In this document: piece by piece, positions 59,029 through 64,000 of the stretch
Layout: every line of letters starts with the position of its first letter
Numbering within the stretch: position 1 is the stretch's first letter
Assembly: GCA_964016885.1 (NCBI GenBank)
Contig: OZ024746.1
Coordinates: 58,342,001 to 58,406,000 of the forward strand
DNA length: 64,000 nt
Reading direction: 5' to 3'
Source of the DNA: Eledone cirrhosa
Lineage: Eukaryota
The notes under the pieces: model-generated
What the model was told of the DNA's origin: nothing
Databases searched by the model: none
What the model saw: the letters and a program-made list of their open reading frames with translations, nothing else
Translations under genes and position numbers: made by a program

Positions 59029-59032
<4 letters not shown>
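58775..59032 (+). repeat. 3' pseudo-LTR of the PLE (duplicated part)
   Basis: Follows the stop codon and a CA-rich 3' UTR; ends GTATAACAAT at (AT)n. Confidence 0.9.
58822..58866 (+). ncRNA. Minimal type I hammerhead ribozyme in the PLE pLTR (mirror copy 55737-55781, minus strand)
   Basis: AGTCA-CTGAAGA-G-GTCACA-gagtg-TGTGAC-GAAA-GGAC-TA-TGACT: stem I AGTCA/TGACT, stem II GTCACA/TGTGAC, very short stem III. Confidence 0.75.
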
Positions 59033-59113
<81 letters not shown>

Positions 59114-59118
<5 letters not shown>

Positions 59119-59570
59119 AGCTTGAAACTAGTACGGCGTTCCTTTGTCAGTGTTGAACAATCGAGCAACGATGGTTGCTGGACACTACGGCTTAATGCGG
59201 GATGTTTGTTTACAAACACACCGAGCATTATAATAAATGTTCGTTGAATCCATACGTACATATATATATGTGTGCATGTATGTATATATATAGACATACT
59301 ACTGTACGTCTGTATACATATGTTTATGTATGTGTACATACTTATATTTAAGTAACAGCTGTACTAAGAGTGGGAAATGAAATTTCGATTCATTTTTTCC
59401 GTTTATCGTTTTCGGTGCACCCGGCCGATAAACCCACTCGATATGCAAATTGGGCTACTCAGCCGTTAATATGCATAAGGTAGGTATATACGTTCTACAA
59501 TCTGGCAGGAAGGTATACGTTGCTGACGGTAGCTAATAAGCTTGAAACTGTACAGCGTTCCTTTGTCAGA
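59114..59570 (+). mobile_element. Retrozyme-like monomer of about 420 bp with a terminal direct repeat of about 37 bp; HHR at 59517-59558
   Basis: TAATAAGCTTGAAACT(A)GTAC.GCGTTCCTTTGTCAG at 59114 and 59534. HHR: ACGTTG-CTGACGG-tAGCT-aata-AGCTt-GAAA-CTG-TA-CAGCGT (A9 is G). Confidence 0.6.
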
Positions 59571-60144
59571 GGAAGTTCAAACGCAAAAACAAAAACACAA
59601 AAAAAAATCAACACACAATCTATTTTAAGGAGATATTTTCAATTAAATAATTTATTGCCTTTGCTTATAATTAATTTGAATATTAAATGAATTAAAATCC
59701 TATTGATTAGAAATAAAAGGTGTTCGTGGTGTTTGTTATCAAACCTTCAGTATTTTTGTACATCAGTGTTTAAAGATATGAATTTACTGCTGTGAAATTT
59801 TGGAAAAGCAAATATATTTCTCCTTCACTTTCAAATATCACTTTCATTAATGTTGTCAATTTGACAAAATCACCCACAGCCACAACATGCTATAATTAAA
59901 CTATGAGGTAAAAATATTTACAAAATCATAAAAATTAAAAGATTAACGAAATGCCAGCGAATTAATATAGTTCATAGAATGCAAACACTTCAATAGAGAT
60001 TCTAAATTGCCTCCCAGTAATGTTTTGATTATTGTGTTTGTGTGTATGCGTGCTTGATTGTAAATGTGTGTGTGTGTGTGCGTGTGTATGTGTGTGTGTG
60101 TTAGTATGTGTGTGATATATTTTACAAACAACGCATTTCGTGTA

Positions 60145-60292
60145 GGGTCAGGCATGGTCGTTTGGTTAAAGAGATTACTTCGCCTCCACGTGGTTTCAGG
60201 TTCATTATTCGGCATGGAACTTTCTAGTCCAGGGTTCACCAAGCCATTGCAAGTGAGATTTCTATCACGGAAAATGCTGAGGCGCGTCTTAT
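60145..60292 (+). mobile_element. Degenerate tRNA-like SINE of another family
   Basis: A-box-like TGGTCGTTTGG and B-box-like GGTTCATTATTC; ends at a TA tract. Confidence 0.45.
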
Positions 60293-60295
60293 ATT

Positions 60296-60783
<488 letters not shown>

Positions 60784-60786
60784 ATT

Positions 60787-61233
60787 GGTAAAAAGAGTTC
60801 CATGTATTTTATTATGCGTATTTCAAAAACAAACATCATCATGCAATAACATTTGCGTTTTCGTCAGATAAAATAGGGAGACATGATATGAAGGTTAAAA
60901 CACACTTCTGAATAGTGCAGTCTTAAATCAACATATCTTAAATCAACATATCTTAAATCAAGATATTAAATCAAGATATATTGATTTAAGACTGCACTAT
61001 TCACAAGTGTGTTTTAACCTTCATATCATGTCTCCCTATTTTATCTGACGAAAACGCAAATATTATTGCATGATGATGTTTGTTTTTGAAATGCGCATAA
61101 TAAAATACATGGAACTCTTTTAACCAACTTTTGATCTTATATATTATTTATACTCCAGTCCTACAAACTGTAGAGTGCTACTTATCCGATATCTGCATTT
61201 CTTTATTGTACTACGATAAAACTCACCTCCTAC
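60787..61233. mobile_element. Short fold-back copy of the 51-53.5 kb family with two HHRs (60807-60873 minus, 61039-61105 plus)
   Basis: Homologous arms, CTGACGA core, centre made of 3 x TCTTAAATCAACATA-like repeats, TA flanks. Confidence 0.85.
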
Positions 61234-61308
61234 ATATATATATATATATAAATATATAACAAGAAGTGTAAGTGAACAGGTTAAACTTAACTTCGTTTAT
61301 CCATATTC

Positions 61309-61367
61309 GGTGTTATATATATTTCGGTGAAAGCCATTATATAACAGCTATGACCTCATCAGACAGC
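61309..61367 (-). ncRNA. HHR with an (AU)n stem III
   Basis: GCTGT-CTGATGA-GGT..AGCTGTTA-ta-TAATGGCT..ACC-GAAA-TATATA-TA-ACACC; stem I is imperfect. Confidence 0.65.
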
Positions 61368-61504
61368 TAGAAATTGATCAGAATAAATAGAAAAAAACAT
61401 AATGATGGAACAAAGTTTACCTCCATTATTTCGATCCATCCTTCGATATGCCCAGTCCCGAATTATGGTGTTGTGTTCTCAAAGAATTGCTGGCAAAATT
61501 AAAT

Positions 61505-61568
<64 letters not shown>

Positions 61569-62477
61569 GTAGAAATAATAAATGTGAAGACTAAAATCCA
61601 AAGAGGGCTCGAAGGATAAATATATATCAAATATATAAGAACCCTAGTTAAGGGTGAAAACACCAATTATTTGCTTAAACTTTAATCTCTTATTTTAGTT
61701 AATAAATATATATATATATATATCTGAATTAATTTTTCGTATTAATTTTTCGTATTAATGTTTTCTTATCGTACGAGCATTTATGTAGTTTGCATTAAAA
61801 TGTATGTATTGTAGCGGCACCCTTATATATCGTATTAGTATTCATTTTCGGGATCTGAATTAATATTTCGTATTAGGTTTTTGTAGTATGTTGGCCCCCT
61901 ACTTGTTGACCTGTCATCGTAAGACAGATTAGGCCGAGTACTTCTACCTCATAAAATTCTTTCACTACAATCTCGTATTTAGTATCCCGCCCACCTATTA
62001 AACTTTTCTTTAGTCTAGTGAGAGATTTGATGATTGTGGTAGGGGAATAGTAACCAGAAATTGTGTTTTTTTAATATTTTTAACATTCTTATTTTCTATA
62101 TAGATTTACTCCATATAGATCTACTTATTGTTTAGACTCCCCCCCCCCTCCCCCTATTGACCTCTTATCCTTAGGATTCTGCGGTAGTCGTCACTTTCAA
62201 CGCACGACTGGGTTTCCTCCACTCCTTCTCCCTCTTTCTTCTACTGGCAAGTTCACCTACCCGTTCCTTCCCAAAAATGCCATGTTAGAATTATGTGTCT
62301 CAACAAAAAACTTTTGACAAATCCTTGTGACAATCACTTTTACCATATATGGAATATTATCCCCTGAGAAGCTCGGCTATTCATTTACCAGGATAAAAAT
62401 GTTCATTTAGTCCAGAATTAGCCGTCGAAACGGCTTGAGCTCAGCCGACGAGGTCCTACTCGTTCCTATATATATGT

Positions 62478-62573
<96 letters not shown>

Positions 62574-62768
62574 GTAGTAGATTTGTTATATAATGGTCCA
62601 CTTCTGTCTTCTGCAGCGCTGCAGCAGATTACAGTTTTCAAATATAATCCTTTTTTCATAAGGTTACGTATAAGTTCTCTTTTCAGTACTACATGCAGGG
62701 AATGTGCTAATATATCTAGAGTTAAATTTACCTGAGTGTTTGTGATAAAAAGAAACTATCATTATTAT

Positions 62769-63176
62769 GGATTGGCAGTATCGGTAGAGAGTCGGACACC
62801 ATGCTTTGAAGCATAGAGTTACGTCCCTTTATGATCTGAGTTCAAATCCCGCCGAGGTTAACTTTGCCTTTCATCCTTACGGGGTTGATAAAATAAAGTA
62901 CCAGTAATGTACTGGATAATTGCTGGCCTTGTGCCAAAAATAGAAACAATTATTATGGGCGGTGGATTGGCAGTATCGGTGCAAGGTCGGAGGCCATGCT
63001 TTCCGGCATAGTTTCGTTCCTTTACAGTCTGAGTTCAAATCCCGCCGATGTTAAATTTGGCTTTCATCCTGTCGCGGTCGATAAAATAAAGCACCAGTAA
63101 TATATTGTGGTTGATTTAATCGACTTTCCCCTCCCACCAGATACTGGCCGTGTGCCTATACTAGAAATCATTATTA
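62769..63176 (+). mobile_element. SINE dimer
   Basis: Two head-to-tail copies starting GGATTGGCAGTATCGG at about 62769 and about 62964. Confidence 0.85.
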
Positions 63177-63356
63177 TACGAGGATAATGATAGTTTCTTT
63201 TTATCACAAACACTCAGGTAAATTTAACTCTAGATATATTAGCACATTCCCTGCATGTTTTACTGAAAACCAAATCCAAATCATAAGTAACGTAACGAAA
63301 ACAGGATTATATTTGAACACTGCAATCTGCTGCAGCACAACAGATCACACAAGTGT

Positions 63357-63728
63357 TGGATTGGCAGTATCGGTAGAGGGTCGCTCGCCACGCTTTGCAG
63401 CAAAGAGTTACGGCCCTTTCATCTTTACGGGGTCGATAAAATAAAGTACCAGTAATGTACTGTGTAATTGCTGGTCTTGTGCCAAAAGTAGAAACAATTA
63501 TTATACGAGCATAATAGGTGGTGGATTGGCAGTATCGGGAGAGGGTCGGGCGCTATGCTTTACAACATAGTGTTATGATGTGAGTTCAAATCCCGCCGTG
63601 GTTAACTTTACCTTTTATTCTTAAAGTGTTGCTAAAATAAAGTACCAGGCAGGAACTGGGGTCGATATAATCGTCTTTCCCTCCCCCTAAAATTACCGGC
63701 CTCGTGCCTATATAAGAAACAATTATTA
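63357..63728 (+). mobile_element. SINE dimer
   Basis: Copies start at about 63357 and about 63520. Confidence 0.82.
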
Positions 63729-64000
63729 TACGAGGATAAGAGGGCGTTGTATTGGAAAACTCAGTAGAGCTTCGGAAAAGTAATCTTATTGTCATTGACT
63801 CTATAATATTCCACATTAATTCTATATATATAATTCTTCCCTCTATTTCTCAACACACATCTTCCTTCACCTTTTCTTGTTGCTTTTTCATTCATCTCCA
63901 TTTACTCATTTATCATATACGAATCCTACTCCCTTCCTTTCTCTCTCCCTATCTCTCCCTATCATTCACACTCTCTCTATAAATCTGCTACATCTCTAAT

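Larger units (their letters stand above)
55571..59032 (+). mobile_element. Penelope-like retroelement (EN+, C-terminal GIY-YIG; Neptune/Nematis-like) with inverted pseudo-LTRs
   Basis: Single long RT-EN ORF. 55571-55828 is the reverse complement of 58775-59032. The right end runs directly into (TA)n. An inverted 5' pLTR is typical of PLE insertions. Confidence 0.93.

Overview
AT-rich, microsatellite-dense animal DNA with no recognisable host exon. The SINE types and repeat content resemble Octopus/cephalopod DNA (inference). The window is dominated by a (TA)n-associated retroelement community. (1) One intact Penelope-like element (PLE; RT plus C-terminal GIY-YIG endonuclease, about 55571-59032) is bounded by 258-bp inverted pseudo-LTRs that each carry a minimal hammerhead ribozyme (HHR). 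(2) A 6.5-kb, nearly perfect array of a 311-bp non-coding unit carries 21 type I HHRs and flips orientation at about 37000 (retrozyme-like). (3) At least six further non-coding families carry HHR motifs, including U3-A8 core variants, long stem II forms and covarying copies. Most of these sit in (TA)n tracts and are built as fold-back (palindromic) insertions. The background holds tRNA-derived SINEs, RTE, R4/Dong-like and degraded PLE fragments. All HHR calls were made by eye from core motifs and base pairing; none has been tested for activity.
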